Source: Promethearchaeota archaeon
GTDB lineage: Archaea; Asgardarchaeota; Lokiarchaeia; Sigyniarchaeales; SOKP01
Assembly: GCA_016839585.1 (NCBI GenBank)
Contig: JAEOTZ010000042.1
Location: 24,110 to 88,109, forward strand
DNA: 64,000 nt
Reading direction: 5' to 3'
The notes under the pieces are model-generated. The model saw only the letters and a program-made list of their open reading frames with translations, had not been told where the DNA came from and searched no databases. Positions 1 through 9,782 of this stretch are shown piece by piece. Position numbers and translations under genes: made by a program. Position 1 is the first letter of the stretch. Each line of letters begins with the position of its first letter.

Positions 1-340
1 GACCAACCGTTTTTAAAATTTTATTTATCTTTTCTTTTTCATGATCATTATGAGATAATTCATGGTTTACCGCTTTTAGTGTTTGAAAGCAACCATTGCA
101 TAAGGATACTATATTTTTTCCTTCTTTTTCGGCAATAGTAAGATTACGTGCACCCATTGCTAACCAACTAGTATGATCTACAGCATTAAACCCAACTGGG
201 TCTGGACAACAAGCAAACGGAGCATCAGATGTTTTTATTCCTAATTTATCAAATACTTTTCTTGCTGAAGCTTCAATAAACGGAATTCTATTTCCAATTG
301 TACACCCTTGGAACATTTTATATTCTTCTGCTTTTGCCAT
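1..340 (-). CDS. hdrB: Heterodisulfide reductase subunit B-like CCG protein (partial, runs off window start; absent from ORF track)
   Basis: Manual translation from ATG at 340: MAKAEEYKMFQGCTIGNRIPFIEASARKVF...ACCPDPVG...WLAMGARNL...SLCNGCFQTL; the GC, CCP and CNGC motifs match HdrB and the paralogue at 43224-44174. Confidence 0.85.
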   Translation of the reverse strand, partial: MAKAEEYKMFQGCTIGNRIPFIEASARKVFDKLGIKTSDAPFACCPDPVGFNAVDHTSWLAMGARNLTIAEKEGKNIVSLCNGCFQTLKAVNHELSHNDHEKEKINKILKTVG

Positions 341-483
341 AATTACTCTCTTCTTTTCTTCTATATTAATTATTTTATTTAATATAGAGTAAATTAAAAA
401 ATTTGTTAATTCATATTTGTTTAAGCCTATTTATAAAATAAAAAAAAAAAGAAAAAGAAAATATTTTTACTCTGATTTTGTTA

Positions 484-915
484 TTAATCTTTCTTTAATT
501 TCATTCGTCCAATAATAGTTAATATAACACCTAAGAAACCATAACTACCATGGATAGTTTCAGTAACAATTTGGTCCAGTTCCTCGAGAATTGAGCCTTC
601 AACTATACCTGTGATTAGAAATATTAATAAACTAATCAATCCCATACCAGCCCCAATTCCAATAATAAATTTACCTAATCTATAATGGTCCATCGCTACG
701 ATTATAGATCCTATAATAACAGAAATTCCTCCTCCTATAGCAATGTATGCTAGAATTTGAATAACAAGGGATACAATCTTAGCAACATCTTCTCCAACGT
801 CAGCCTCTATATAACTAAAAAGCGTTTCAAAAAATGCAACGCTCCCTATAACAGAACTGATAATCATTAAAATTCCGCCAATTATACAAAGCAAAATCCA
901 TCCAAAATTTTTCAT
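484..915 (-). CDS. Gly-rich ~4-TM membrane protein of unknown function, paralogue of 1936-2493
   Basis: Four hydrophobic segments; shares GGIxMIISSxIGS, YRLGKFxIGxG and GVIxxIIGR with 1936-2493. Confidence 0.7.
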   Translation of the reverse strand: MKNFGWILLCIIGGILMIISSVIGSVAFFETLFSYIEADVGEDVAKIVSLVIQILAYIAIGGGISVIIGSIIVAMDHYRLGKFIIGIGAGMGLISLLIFLITGIVEGSILEELDQIVTETIHGSYGFLGVILTIIGRMKLKKD

Positions 916-1001
916 AATATTTTAGACCTTTTTTCAAATTTTTAAATTGATTATAGATTAATATTTATATTTCTAATATTTATAAGTTCTAAGTATTTAA
1001 T

Positions 1002-1817
1002 TTAGATAATAATTCTAGAAGGGTGAGTATAAATATTCATTCTTGCTCCCCTTACAAATCCTATCAATGTAATTCCGTAAGCAAAAGCTAACCTAATACC
1101 AGATTCTATGGCAGCAGATAGGGATGCCACAATCGGAATCTTTGCCCGTATTGCTTTCAATACCGAATCTCCTGTTAATCTGCCTGTTGATACTAATATT
1201 AGGTTTTGAAAATTATGCTCTTTTAACAATAAATCCCCTATGACTTTATCAATTGCGTTGTGTCTACCAATATCTTCTTTAACACTTATTAAATTGCCTT
1301 CCAAATCAAATATAGCTGCACCATGACATCCTCCAGTTTCTCGATATAATTTTGTTTTTGTATGCATTTCTTTAATAGCAGAATAGATTATATCTGATTT
1401 AATTTTAAGAGTTGATTTTCCCTTAAGAGATTCTTTTACTTTATACTTTTCTAGACTGTTCTTTATAACATTTCTCCATGGAGATGAAATTCCACAGGTT
1501 GTATCAACAACTCTACTAACAGGGTTTATCTCAAGATTTTTTACTCTGAAGTCTATGGAATCATCTAATTCAATAAACACTTTCTTTTCTAACTCTTTTA
1601 CATTAACAGATTTTACATCTTTAATTGAGTTGATAATTCCAATAGAGAATAAAAATCCAATACTCAATTCTTTAAGATCTTTTGGCAAACAAATAATATT
1701 AACTAACGCTTCGGAGTTTACAATTATATCTATAGGACTCTCAATAAGAATTAAATCATCTTCCTTGCTTCTTTGATTTTTCTTTATCCGAGTAATATTT
1801 ACCTTTCGCTGAAACAA
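1002..1817 (-). CDS. fdhD: Formate dehydrogenase accessory sulfurtransferase FdhD
   Basis: TCG, TGGCHGAA, EDIGRHNAIDKVIG and TLIGFVRG motifs; TTG start. Confidence 0.93.
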   Translation of the reverse strand: MFQRKVNITRIKKNQRSKEDDLILIESPIDIIVNSEALVNIICLPKDLKELSIGFLFSIGIINSIKDVKSVNVKELEKKVFIELDDSIDFRVKNLEINPVSRVVDTTCGISSPWRNVIKNSLEKYKVKESLKGKSTLKIKSDIIYSAIKEMHTKTKLYRETGGCHGAAIFDLEGNLISVKEDIGRHNAIDKVIGDLLLKEHNFQNLILVSTGRLTGDSVLKAIRAKIPIVASLSAAIESGIRLAFAYGITLIGFVRGARMNIYTHPSRIII

Positions 1818-1935
1818 AATTCTTACCTTGGGATGAATTAAATTCCTTTTTTTAGGATTTCAATATCATTTTTTGTATCAATAATATTTTATTAAAATAA
1901 TAAGTGAAAAAATAAATTCTAAAATTAAATTTCAA

Positions 1936-2493
1936 CTAAGTTTCTTCGCTTTCTTCAAAAATTTCTTCTTTTTCTTCCAGCTTTACTTCTTGTTTTACTT
2001 TTTTAGGTTTTTTAGGTTCCTTTGGTTCTTTAGGTACCTTAGGCTTTTTAATAAACGCTCTTCCAATTATTGCAACTATTACTCCTGTAAATGCTAACCC
2101 CGTATTATAAGAAAAAAAATCTTCTAGTCTATCTAGATAAGCTACAATTTCTGGATCAGTAACTATTTCAAATTCATGTACAACTTCAGAAGTAATCCAA
2201 ATAATAAGAGCTAGCGACCCAAATGTTAATCCAACACCTATTAAGAATTTTCCTAATCTATATTGATTTACCAAAAAAAGGAGTGTTCCAACAATGACTG
2301 CAATACCACCAGTATCTGCTATAATTCTTAAAACTATTATAGCAATTTTCCCTAATGGTACAAAGTCTGGAGGAATTTCTTCAGATACATATCCCCAAAG
2401 AAATTCATAAATACCTATCGACCCGATTGCGGAACTAATAATCATACATATTCCGCCAATAAACAACAAAATTATTCCTGTCTTATGTTTCAT
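1936..2493 (-). CDS. Gly-rich ~4-TM membrane protein with PKxPKE repeat and charged tail, paralogue of 484-915
   Basis: Hydrophobic helices, shared motifs with 484-915, C-terminal PKVPKEPKEPKKPKK. Confidence 0.7.
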   Translation of the reverse strand: MKHKTGIILLFIGGICMIISSAIGSIGIYEFLWGYVSEEIPPDFVPLGKIAIIVLRIIADTGGIAVIVGTLLFLVNQYRLGKFLIGVGLTFGSLALIIWITSEVVHEFEIVTDPEIVAYLDRLEDFFSYNTGLAFTGVIVAIIGRAFIKKPKVPKEPKEPKKPKKVKQEVKLEEKEEIFEESEET

Positions 2494-2548
2494 TTAAACA
2501 CCATTATAAATTTGAAATTTTTAAATAATACTATAAAAAATTATAATT

Positions 2549-3358
2549 TTATGCGGCAATATATAGTTTACCAGTTGATTCTTTACTTACAGAATGATCT
2601 CCACTATACTCAATAAACTTGCCTGTGATTTTTTCTCCATTCGGTAAATCAATTTCTTTAACTTCACCTATTCTTTTAAAAGAAGGGAGTTTTCTTGAAA
2701 CTTTACCCTTAATAACAATGATGCCTCGTGCTTGATCAGCGCCTGCACACCTATCGCAATCTCCTTCTACAACAATAGTACCACCATGATTATGAGTCCC
2801 AAGAAATGGTCCTGCACTTCCACAATACAACATTGGCCATCTATTAGCTGGTTTTGAACTTCTTGCCCAAAGCATGGATTCATTACCGACTTTACCTTTT
2901 ACCTTTATTACTCCATTTTTCATACCCTGCCAGTTACCTCTATACGCTGCCCCGACATAATGACCAGCATCTCCAATTATCTCTAATTCACCCCCTTGCA
3001 GCATGGCTCCTGCCCAATCATCAGCATTTCCATTCACTAAAATTTTTCCGCCTGACATATTATTACCCACATGCATTCCAACATTACCATTTATAATTAT
3101 TTCACCACCACTCATTTGCTCTCCAATTCTTTTCACGTTTGATAGATCTCCATCAATAACTATTTTAGTATTATTCACATTACCAGATTTTCCAGAAACA
3201 CTAAAATAATCTCCTATTACAGTATTTTCGTTTCCATGGTACAAAGGTAACTTTTTAATTGCATCAAGAGTTTTTCCAGCAAAATTATCTGGAGTTATAC
3301 TTTCGGCTTCTAAAGGGAATTTTGGTAGTTTTTTTAATTTCAACTTTATCTCAGTCAT
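2549..3358 (-). CDS. fwdC: Formylmethanofuran dehydrogenase subunit C
   Basis: PLEAESITPD N-terminus, GxxMxGG beta-helix repeats, GAAYRG motif; in operon with fwdB/D. Confidence 0.93.
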   Translation of the reverse strand: MTEIKLKLKKLPKFPLEAESITPDNFAGKTLDAIKKLPLYHGNENTVIGDYFSVSGKSGNVNNTKIVIDGDLSNVKRIGEQMSGGEIIINGNVGMHVGNNMSGGKILVNGNADDWAGAMLQGGELEIIGDAGHYVGAAYRGNWQGMKNGVIKVKGKVGNESMLWARSSKPANRWPMLYCGSAGPFLGTHNHGGTIVVEGDCDRCAGADQARGIIVIKGKVSRKLPSFKRIGEVKEIDLPNGEKITGKFIEYSGDHSVSKESTGKLYIAA

Positions 3359-3361
3359 TAC

Positions 3362-4690
3362 TTACTCTCCTTTTTTTTCCTTTATTTTCTCAATTAATTT
3401 TTCTAATATTTCTTTATCAGATAAACACTTACCAGGAGCATCTTTCACTTTTCTTAATCTTATAGGAACACTATCCATGCGGTAAGCTGTTCCTTCACAT
3501 TCAATCCCTGCAATTGCTGCTGGGAAATTAATATCAGCATTCGCAGAAGTTGGTGTTTCATGCGGTTCAATAGAAATTAAAGGATGCTTAAATAAATTTT
3601 TCACGGAAGCTGCTGGAAAATTACTGGCAGGATCAGATGCAACTATCAAGGAGGCATCAATTTCATCTCTCATTAAAAGATCTACTGATGAAAATTCTCC
3701 CGGATTATATCGGGGATATCCTTTTGAGAAATCAATTGAATAAGCATAACCCGTATTCCAAGCAAAAACAATATTAGCTCCTGTTACGTTATAATGACCC
3801 CGCATAGGCATTAGTAGAAATTTAGTATGATCATTTAATTCTCTAACTAAGGAAATGGCCGCATCAATGTTCCTATGGTGAGCTAAAGATTGAGTTAACC
3901 CCATACCAAAAAATATAACTCCAAAGTTACAAGTTTTCAAAATATTGACTAATTCTTTGATCTTTTCCATTGGAACGCCTGAGATTTCCTTTTCATCTAA
4001 TTCTACTCCTCTTACCATTGCTCTAATAGCATTTAATAATTCATAATCTTCGCTAGGTTTTATTTGAATAAATAGATCTGCTATTTGGGCAGTATGAGTA
4101 TTCCTTGGATCAACAACAACAATAAATCTGTCATTTCTACCATCTTTTCTAAAATACCCCCTTACAAACTCGCTATATCTCCCAAGATGCCTTGGATGAG
4201 CATGGACGGGATTGGATCCCCAAAATATAACAAGATCTGCCCTATTTTTAAAATCTCCTAATGTTGCCATAGGTGCTCCCACATCTTGGATAGCCAATAA
4301 ACTAGGACCATGACAGACTGAAGCGGTGTTATCTAAAATTCCACCTAACAACTCTGCTAACTCAACACCTTTACTTTGAGCTTCACATTCTGTGCTAGAA
4401 AAACCATAAAGTAAAGGTCTTTTAGCACTAATTAATATTTCTGCGGCTTTATCAAAAGCTTCATCCCAAGATACTTCTTTAAATGAATCATTTTCTTTGA
4501 TCCGAGGTTTGGTATATCTATGTCCACTTGGATTTGATGAAAAGAATTTTTTTGTGCCAATTTGACAACCATTCCTTATTTCTACAATCGTTTCTTCTTT
4601 AATATCTACATCAACTTCAAGATCATCACAAAGTGTGCCACAAAAAGGGCAAATAACATCAGAGATTGTTCTTAATTTCCTTTCCACCAT
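3362..4690 (-). CDS. fwdB: Formylmethanofuran dehydrogenase subunit B (Mo/W-pterin, Cys ligand)
   Basis: CPFCGTLCDD, SVCHGPS, WGSNPVHAHPRH, PMRGHYNVTG, GTAYRMD. Confidence 0.95.
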   Translation of the reverse strand: MVERKLRTISDVICPFCGTLCDDLEVDVDIKEETIVEIRNGCQIGTKKFFSSNPSGHRYTKPRIKENDSFKEVSWDEAFDKAAEILISAKRPLLYGFSSTECEAQSKGVELAELLGGILDNTASVCHGPSLLAIQDVGAPMATLGDFKNRADLVIFWGSNPVHAHPRHLGRYSEFVRGYFRKDGRNDRFIVVVDPRNTHTAQIADLFIQIKPSEDYELLNAIRAMVRGVELDEKEISGVPMEKIKELVNILKTCNFGVIFFGMGLTQSLAHHRNIDAAISLVRELNDHTKFLLMPMRGHYNVTGANIVFAWNTGYAYSIDFSKGYPRYNPGEFSSVDLLMRDEIDASLIVASDPASNFPAASVKNLFKHPLISIEPHETPTSANADINFPAAIAGIECEGTAYRMDSVPIRLRKVKDAPGKCLSDKEILEKLIEKIKEKKGE

Positions 4691-4692
4691 TA

Positions 4693-5088
4693 TTATGCCA
4701 CCTTTAACGTTTTTATTAAATCAAGAGCATCTAAAACATTACCATTTTTAACTACTTCTACTTTTGCTTTCATCCCTTTATAAGTCGGTGTACCACAGGA
4801 TTGAGTATCGGGATTTACAACTTGGTTAGCCCAAGGTCCCAGAGGTATAAATATTATACCCTTATGGGGACCTTCTTCAGAAATAGTAGAGTAAACCATT
4901 ACTTCTCCATAATCAGTAATAACTTTAACAGGAGTTCCTACAAGGCAGTCTAACTTCTTGAAATCTTCTTTATCAAATGTACATATGGCAGCAGCTCTCA
5001 CATTTTCTTTTGTTGTTTTACCACCTTCGAGTGCAACTCCCTGATTAATTGTTCTTCCAGTCAGTAAAATCAAGTTGTTTAAACTCAT
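4693..5088 (-). CDS. fwdD: Formylmethanofuran dehydrogenase subunit D
   Basis: LLTGRTINQG, FIPLGPWAN, GTPTYKG; start reassigned to ATG 5088, an ATGA overlap with the fwdF stop. Confidence 0.9.
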   Translation of the reverse strand: MSLNNLILLTGRTINQGVALEGGKTTKENVRAAAICTFDKEDFKKLDCLVGTPVKVITDYGEVMVYSTISEEGPHKGIIFIPLGPWANQVVNPDTQSCGTPTYKGMKAKVEVVKNGNVLDALDLIKTLKVA

Positions 5089-5810
5089 TCTTCTTTCTCC
5101 TCTTTTTCTCTCTCTCTTAAAGTCTTTAATCTTTCTAATAAAGGTTCCCAAAACATTTCACTAAATTTTCCAGATGTTTTAACATCTGTAATTTCTAACT
5201 TGACTGCACCTGTTGGACATCCATTATCACAAGCTCCACAAAATACGCATTTTTCCTCATCCACAACTACATTTGGGACTGTTTCCCAGCCTTTATCAGA
5301 CTTTTTTGGGACTGTAATTGCACCAGATGGACATACTTCGTAGCATGTTTGACATCCACCAGGGCACTCCTCATCAACAATACTTATTTTGCCGTCGGTA
5401 TATTGTTTAACAACCCTCTTAATCGCGTTATAGTTCTCAATCTTTTTAGCTTCAAATTCCAGTCTGGGTACTACTTTTTCTTTTACAATTTGGATGTCTT
5501 CTAACTCAATTACTTCACCATCTTTTTTTAAAGTTAGAGCACTAAAAGGGCACATGTACACACAAGTTCCACAAAAAACACATTTTTTTGGGTCATATAC
5601 CTCTGGTATAATATCTTCTAAAGTTGGGAATCGTCGGGAAGTTCCTACAGGTCCTCTTGAAATTGCCTCTTTAGGACAAACACGAGCACAAGTTCCGCAA
5701 CCAACACATTTAGTTCTATCTAAAATTAATTCTAAACTTTCAGTTAAAAATTGAACTTTTACATGTTCTATTTCTTTACTAATTGTTCTTGATATTTTTG
5801 GAAATGACAT
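5085..5810 (-). CDS. fwdF: Polyferredoxin, FwdF-like (four [4Fe-4S] motifs)
   Basis: Four CxxCxxCxxxCP-type motifs; position in fwd operon; likely start ATG 5810. Confidence 0.75.
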   Translation of the reverse strand: MSFPKISRTISKEIEHVKVQFLTESLELILDRTKCVGCGTCARVCPKEAISRGPVGTSRRFPTLEDIIPEVYDPKKCVFCGTCVYMCPFSALTLKKDGEVIELEDIQIVKEKVVPRLEFEAKKIENYNAIKRVVKQYTDGKISIVDEECPGGCQTCYEVCPSGAITVPKKSDKGWETVPNVVVDEEKCVFCGACDNGCPTGAVKLEITDVKTSGKFSEMFWEPLLERLKTLREREKEEKEE

Positions 5811-5820
5811 ATTTTTTACC

Positions 5821-6078
5821 TCATTTACTTTCAACTAAATGTAATTCAATAGCAGAGACTGGGCAAAATTTAATACAAACACCACATCCATCACAGTTCA
5901 CATCTCTACCCTCAACATATATATCATAAGCCATTCCATTTTTGACTAAGACTACTGCATTTTCTTTAGTTAAATAACCCTTTTGTTTTAATTGTTGAAA
6001 ATTCAAGGGGCAACTTACAACGCAGTCATTACAGCCAATACATGTATTTTTATTAATTTTCAGTCTGTAAATTTGCAT
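5821..6078 (-). CDS. fwdG: 2[4Fe-4S] ferredoxin, FwdG-like
   Basis: CIGCNDCVVSCP and CDGCGVCIKFCP; first gene of the fwd operon. Confidence 0.75.
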   Translation of the reverse strand: MQIYRLKINKNTCIGCNDCVVSCPLNFQQLKQKGYLTKENAVVLVKNGMAYDIYVEGRDVNCDGCGVCIKFCPVSAIELHLVESK

Positions 6079-6361
6079 ATTTTTCCCTCATTGTTAAATG
6101 AAACGGTGAAAGGCATTCAAAATAGCGTAGAACATTTATAGATATATAGACGTTTTATAATATCCGTCAATATATTAAATTTTATATTTAACTTAAATTG
6201 TAGAAAGTATATTTTTTTAAAAAATTTGTTATAGGAATTAGTAAGTCATAAATTAATATAAAATTCTAAACTTTTTTGTTAATTTAAATTTATCATATTA
6301 TTTTATAATATAAATTATCCTTAGTTTAAAAGAAAAAAAGAAATAACCATCTTTTAAAAGT

Positions 6362-6877
6362 TCATTCATTATTAGGACGAATTGACTCCAAATATGGAAA
6401 ATTTTTTATTTCCATCGAAGTACCGGTAGCCTTGATTAATTTTCGGAAATCGGGTTCGGGGATTTGTAAAGTTTCGGTATTAACATTTGGATGACAACAA
6501 ATTTCTTCCGCATTCCATATATTTTCATCTACCATGAAAATCACCTTGTTATTGGTATCATTAACTAATGAAAGCGGAGATACAGCACCAGCGGTAATAC
6601 CTAATATCTCAGAAAGATCTTCAGGTTCGGCAAAACGAACTTTTGGAGCACCTATCAATTTACGGAATTGGTTTAAGTCCAGACGCTTTTCATGAGGTAT
6701 GGTAACTAAATAGAATTGCCCGGATTTTTTATTCTTAAGAAACAAATTTTTGCAATGAGTTCCTGGGATGTGTCCACAATGCACTCTTGCTTCTGGTACA
6801 GTGAACACTGCCGAGTGAGTGTGTAAGACATATCGAATATTATGATCAGCTAACCATCGCTTTAATGAATCTTCCAT
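6362..6877 (-). CDS. YbaK/ProX (PrdX-like) aminoacyl-tRNA deacylase
   Basis: HSAVFTV, CKNLFLK, LGITAGAVSP, CHPNVNT; start likely ATG 6877 (MEDSLK). Confidence 0.88.
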   Translation of the reverse strand: MEDSLKRWLADHNIRYVLHTHSAVFTVPEARVHCGHIPGTHCKNLFLKNKKSGQFYLVTIPHEKRLDLNQFRKLIGAPKVRFAEPEDLSEILGITAGAVSPLSLVNDTNNKVIFMVDENIWNAEEICCHPNVNTETLQIPEPDFRKLIKATGTSMEIKNFPYLESIRPNNE

Positions 6878-7048
6878 TTTCCTTACATTTAAATAAAAAC
6901 CTATCTGCGTTATAAGGTTTAAGAATAAAATCAAAAAAAGAACCTTAAAATTATAAAACATATGTTTATAAATTCTTTAAAATCATTTCATAATATTAAA
7001 AATTAAGATATTTCAAATAAAGAAATCTGAAAAATAGGGATTTATGTT

Positions 7049-8707
7049 ATGAAAAATGATATATTTACTTTTCTTGTTGGCGGAAAAGCAGGAGAAGGCG
7101 TAAAGAAAGCTGGTTCAGTAGCGGCACATATTTTTTCAAGTATGGGACGTCATCTTTTTCAAATGGATGACTATATGAGCTTAATTAGAGGAGGTCATAA
7201 TTTCTCAGTTGTTAGTACTTCCCGAAGATGGATCAGTAGTCATTATATGAAGGCAGATTTAATTGTAAATTTTGATAAAAGAAGCTGCGAAACTCATATT
7301 AACGAAGTTGCTGAGGGAGGGATTGTTATTTTTAATTCAGATGAGCAAGAGGATGTAGAAGGGATTGGAGTACCATTAAGCTCGATAGCTAAAAAATATC
7401 CACTTAAAAGCTTAATGTATGGAGTGGGTGCTGTCGCAGTCTTATCTTCTTTTATAGGTTTCAAGAAAGAAGAAATGAATCACATCATAAAATCTGAGTA
7501 TCCAAGAGGTATTAAAGATAATATCTCTTTTGCTAGTGAGATATATGATATTGTAAATCCTGAATGTGGAAGTAAGTTTCCTTTAGAAAGAGGTGACTAT
7601 AAGAGACCAATCATAACAGGCAACGAAGCAATAAGTTTGGGTGCGATTGCAGGTGGATTAGACACTTATTATGGATATCCAATGACTCCAGCCTCATCAA
7701 TTTTGCATTTTTTAGCTGAACAAGCAGAAAATTTTGGTTTAGCAGTTGTTCATGCTGAAAGTGAAATTGCTGTAATAAATATGGCTATTGGTTCTGCATT
7801 TACAGGTGCAAGATCTATGGTTGGAACAAGTGGAGGGGGCTTTTCTCTTATGACAGAAGGTTTTTCTTTGGCAGGTATGACAGAAACTCCCATATTAGTG
7901 ATATTTTCTCAAAGACCTGGACCTGCCACTGGTGTGCCTACTTATACAGAGCAGGCAGATTTAAATTTTGCTTTATCAGCTAGTCATGGAGATTTCCTGC
8001 GAATTGTGGCATCTCCCGGGACCATAGAAGAAGCATATTACTTAACAGCAGAGATGCTGGACATTGTATGGAAATTTCAAACACCAGGAATTTTACTTAC
8101 TGAAAAACATTTATCAGAATGTAGTATAACTGTGGATCTTGAGATTAATAATGTTAAATGGGCTGAACCTAAGATGCATAAAGGTGGAGAATATAAGAGA
8201 TATCTTGATACTGAGGATGGAGTCTCTCCCATGTTATTCCCTCCATCTAAAGAAGTTATAAAGTGGAATAGTTATGAACACGATGAATTTGGAATCACAA
8301 CTGAAAAAGCTAATCTGATTGAAAAAATGCATGATAAAAGAAAGAAAAAAATTAAAGTAATTCAAGATTATTTGAAAAACTTAAATACTGTTAATATTTT
8401 TGGAAATGGAGAACCAATAATATTCACTTATGGATCTACTACGATGAGTGTATTAGAAGCACTTAAATGCAGGAATATTGAAGCAACTGTAGTTCAACCA
8501 ATATTTTTAAAACCCCTTCCTCTTTGGAATCTTAAAAATTATGTGGATAAAGAAAATATAGTTGTAGAAATGAGTTCAACGGGTCAATTTGCGACTTTAC
8601 TTAAAGAAAAAGTGGGCATCTCTCCTAAAGCAGAGTTAAGACAATATAATGGAAGACCTTTTGATCCTATTGACCTATCAAATAAAATAATGGAGGTGTT
8701 AAAATAA
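7049..8707 (+). CDS. korA: 2-oxoacid:ferredoxin oxidoreductase alpha subunit (gamma-alpha fusion)
   Basis: GGKAGEGV, SLIRGGH, YPMTPAS, ESEIA, TSGGGFSLM, QRPGPATGVPT. Confidence 0.92.
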   Translation: MKNDIFTFLVGGKAGEGVKKAGSVAAHIFSSMGRHLFQMDDYMSLIRGGHNFSVVSTSRRWISSHYMKADLIVNFDKRSCETHINEVAEGGIVIFNSDEQEDVEGIGVPLSSIAKKYPLKSLMYGVGAVAVLSSFIGFKKEEMNHIIKSEYPRGIKDNISFASEIYDIVNPECGSKFPLERGDYKRPIITGNEAISLGAIAGGLDTYYGYPMTPASSILHFLAEQAENFGLAVVHAESEIAVINMAIGSAFTGARSMVGTSGGGFSLMTEGFSLAGMTETPILVIFSQRPGPATGVPTYTEQADLNFALSASHGDFLRIVASPGTIEEAYYLTAEMLDIVWKFQTPGILLTEKHLSECSITVDLEINNVKWAEPKMHKGGEYKRYLDTEDGVSPMLFPPSKEVIKWNSYEHDEFGITTEKANLIEKMHDKRKKKIKVIQDYLKNLNTVNIFGNGEPIIFTYGSTTMSVLEALKCRNIEATVVQPIFLKPLPLWNLKNYVDKENIVVEMSSTGQFATLLKEKVGISPKAELRQYNGRPFDPIDLSNKIMEVLK

Positions 8708-8708
8708 A

Positions 8709-9548
8709 GTGGAAAATTTAAAAAGTAATGCTGAAATTACTTGGTGTCCAGGATGTGGTAATTTTGGGATCTTTACTGCCATTCGGAATGCAGTTCCAAT
8801 ATTAGAAGAGAAAGGAATTTCAAGAGAAAGAATTATAATGACTGCTGGGATTGGATGTCATGCCAAGATATTTGATTATTTAAACTTAAGTGGTTTTTAT
8901 GGTTTACATGGAAGGAATACCTCAAATTCTGAAGGAATTAAAATTGCAAATCCAGATCTAAAAATAATTAATTTTTCTGGAGATGCTAATGGATTAGCAG
9001 AAGGATTGGCACATACCATGTTCGCAGCAAAAAGAAATCAAGATATAACATTTATTTTACATAATAATAGCGTGTATGCTCTTACTACAGGCCAATTCTC
9101 TCCATTAGCAGAAAAGGGATGGAAGGGACCTTCTACACCCAGAGGTAGCTACGAGGAACCGTTTAATCCGATGTCGTTGATGATCGAGGCTGGTGCTACT
9201 TTTGTTGCTAGAGGTTTTGCAGGAGATACAAAGCATCTCACCGATCTCATAGTACAAGGAGTAGAACACGAAGGCTTTGCTTTCATTGAAATCTTACAAC
9301 CTGCCGTTCCGTACCATAAGTGGGAAGAATATAGAGATCGTGTTCAATATCTTGAAAAAGAACCAGAAACATATTGTGAAAGTATTAAGGCTGCCAAGGA
9401 AAAACATAAGTTTACAATTGGAGTATTCTATAGAACTACAAGACCAGTTTATTGTAAAGAGTTATATGGAGATTATAACCCAATTACAAAAAGCTTATCA
9501 AAAGAAGTAAGAATGGAAAGAATAAGAAAAATTCTTGAATCCAAATAA
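8709..9548 (+). CDS. korB: 2-oxoacid:ferredoxin oxidoreductase beta subunit
   Basis: WCPGCGNFG, GIGC, LHGR, TPP-binding GDA...NN, YALTTGQ. Confidence 0.92.
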   Translation: MENLKSNAEITWCPGCGNFGIFTAIRNAVPILEEKGISRERIIMTAGIGCHAKIFDYLNLSGFYGLHGRNTSNSEGIKIANPDLKIINFSGDANGLAEGLAHTMFAAKRNQDITFILHNNSVYALTTGQFSPLAEKGWKGPSTPRGSYEEPFNPMSLMIEAGATFVARGFAGDTKHLTDLIVQGVEHEGFAFIEILQPAVPYHKWEEYRDRVQYLEKEPETYCESIKAAKEKHKFTIGVFYRTTRPVYCKELYGDYNPITKSLSKEVRMERIRKILESK

Positions 9549-9782
9549 CATTACAATCTTAGATGTAAACCAACAAGGAGATACTAAAAATTTATAACTT
9601 TTCCAACAATTAGTTTATTTTACTTTCCCAATTTCATACTATCTCTAAACCTATTTAATTATTTTTGAAAAAGACTGTATATATATGAAAATTTAATTAA
9701 AAAAAAAGAAAGATTTTTTGTTTTTAATTTCTATTAAATTGAATCTTTTATTTTTTAGCTATTAATACTCCGTTACTGATAT

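Noticed and set aside
6956-6967. AAACATATGTTT palindrome between the ybaK-like gene and korA
   Set aside because: Short and AT-rich, expected by chance at this base composition
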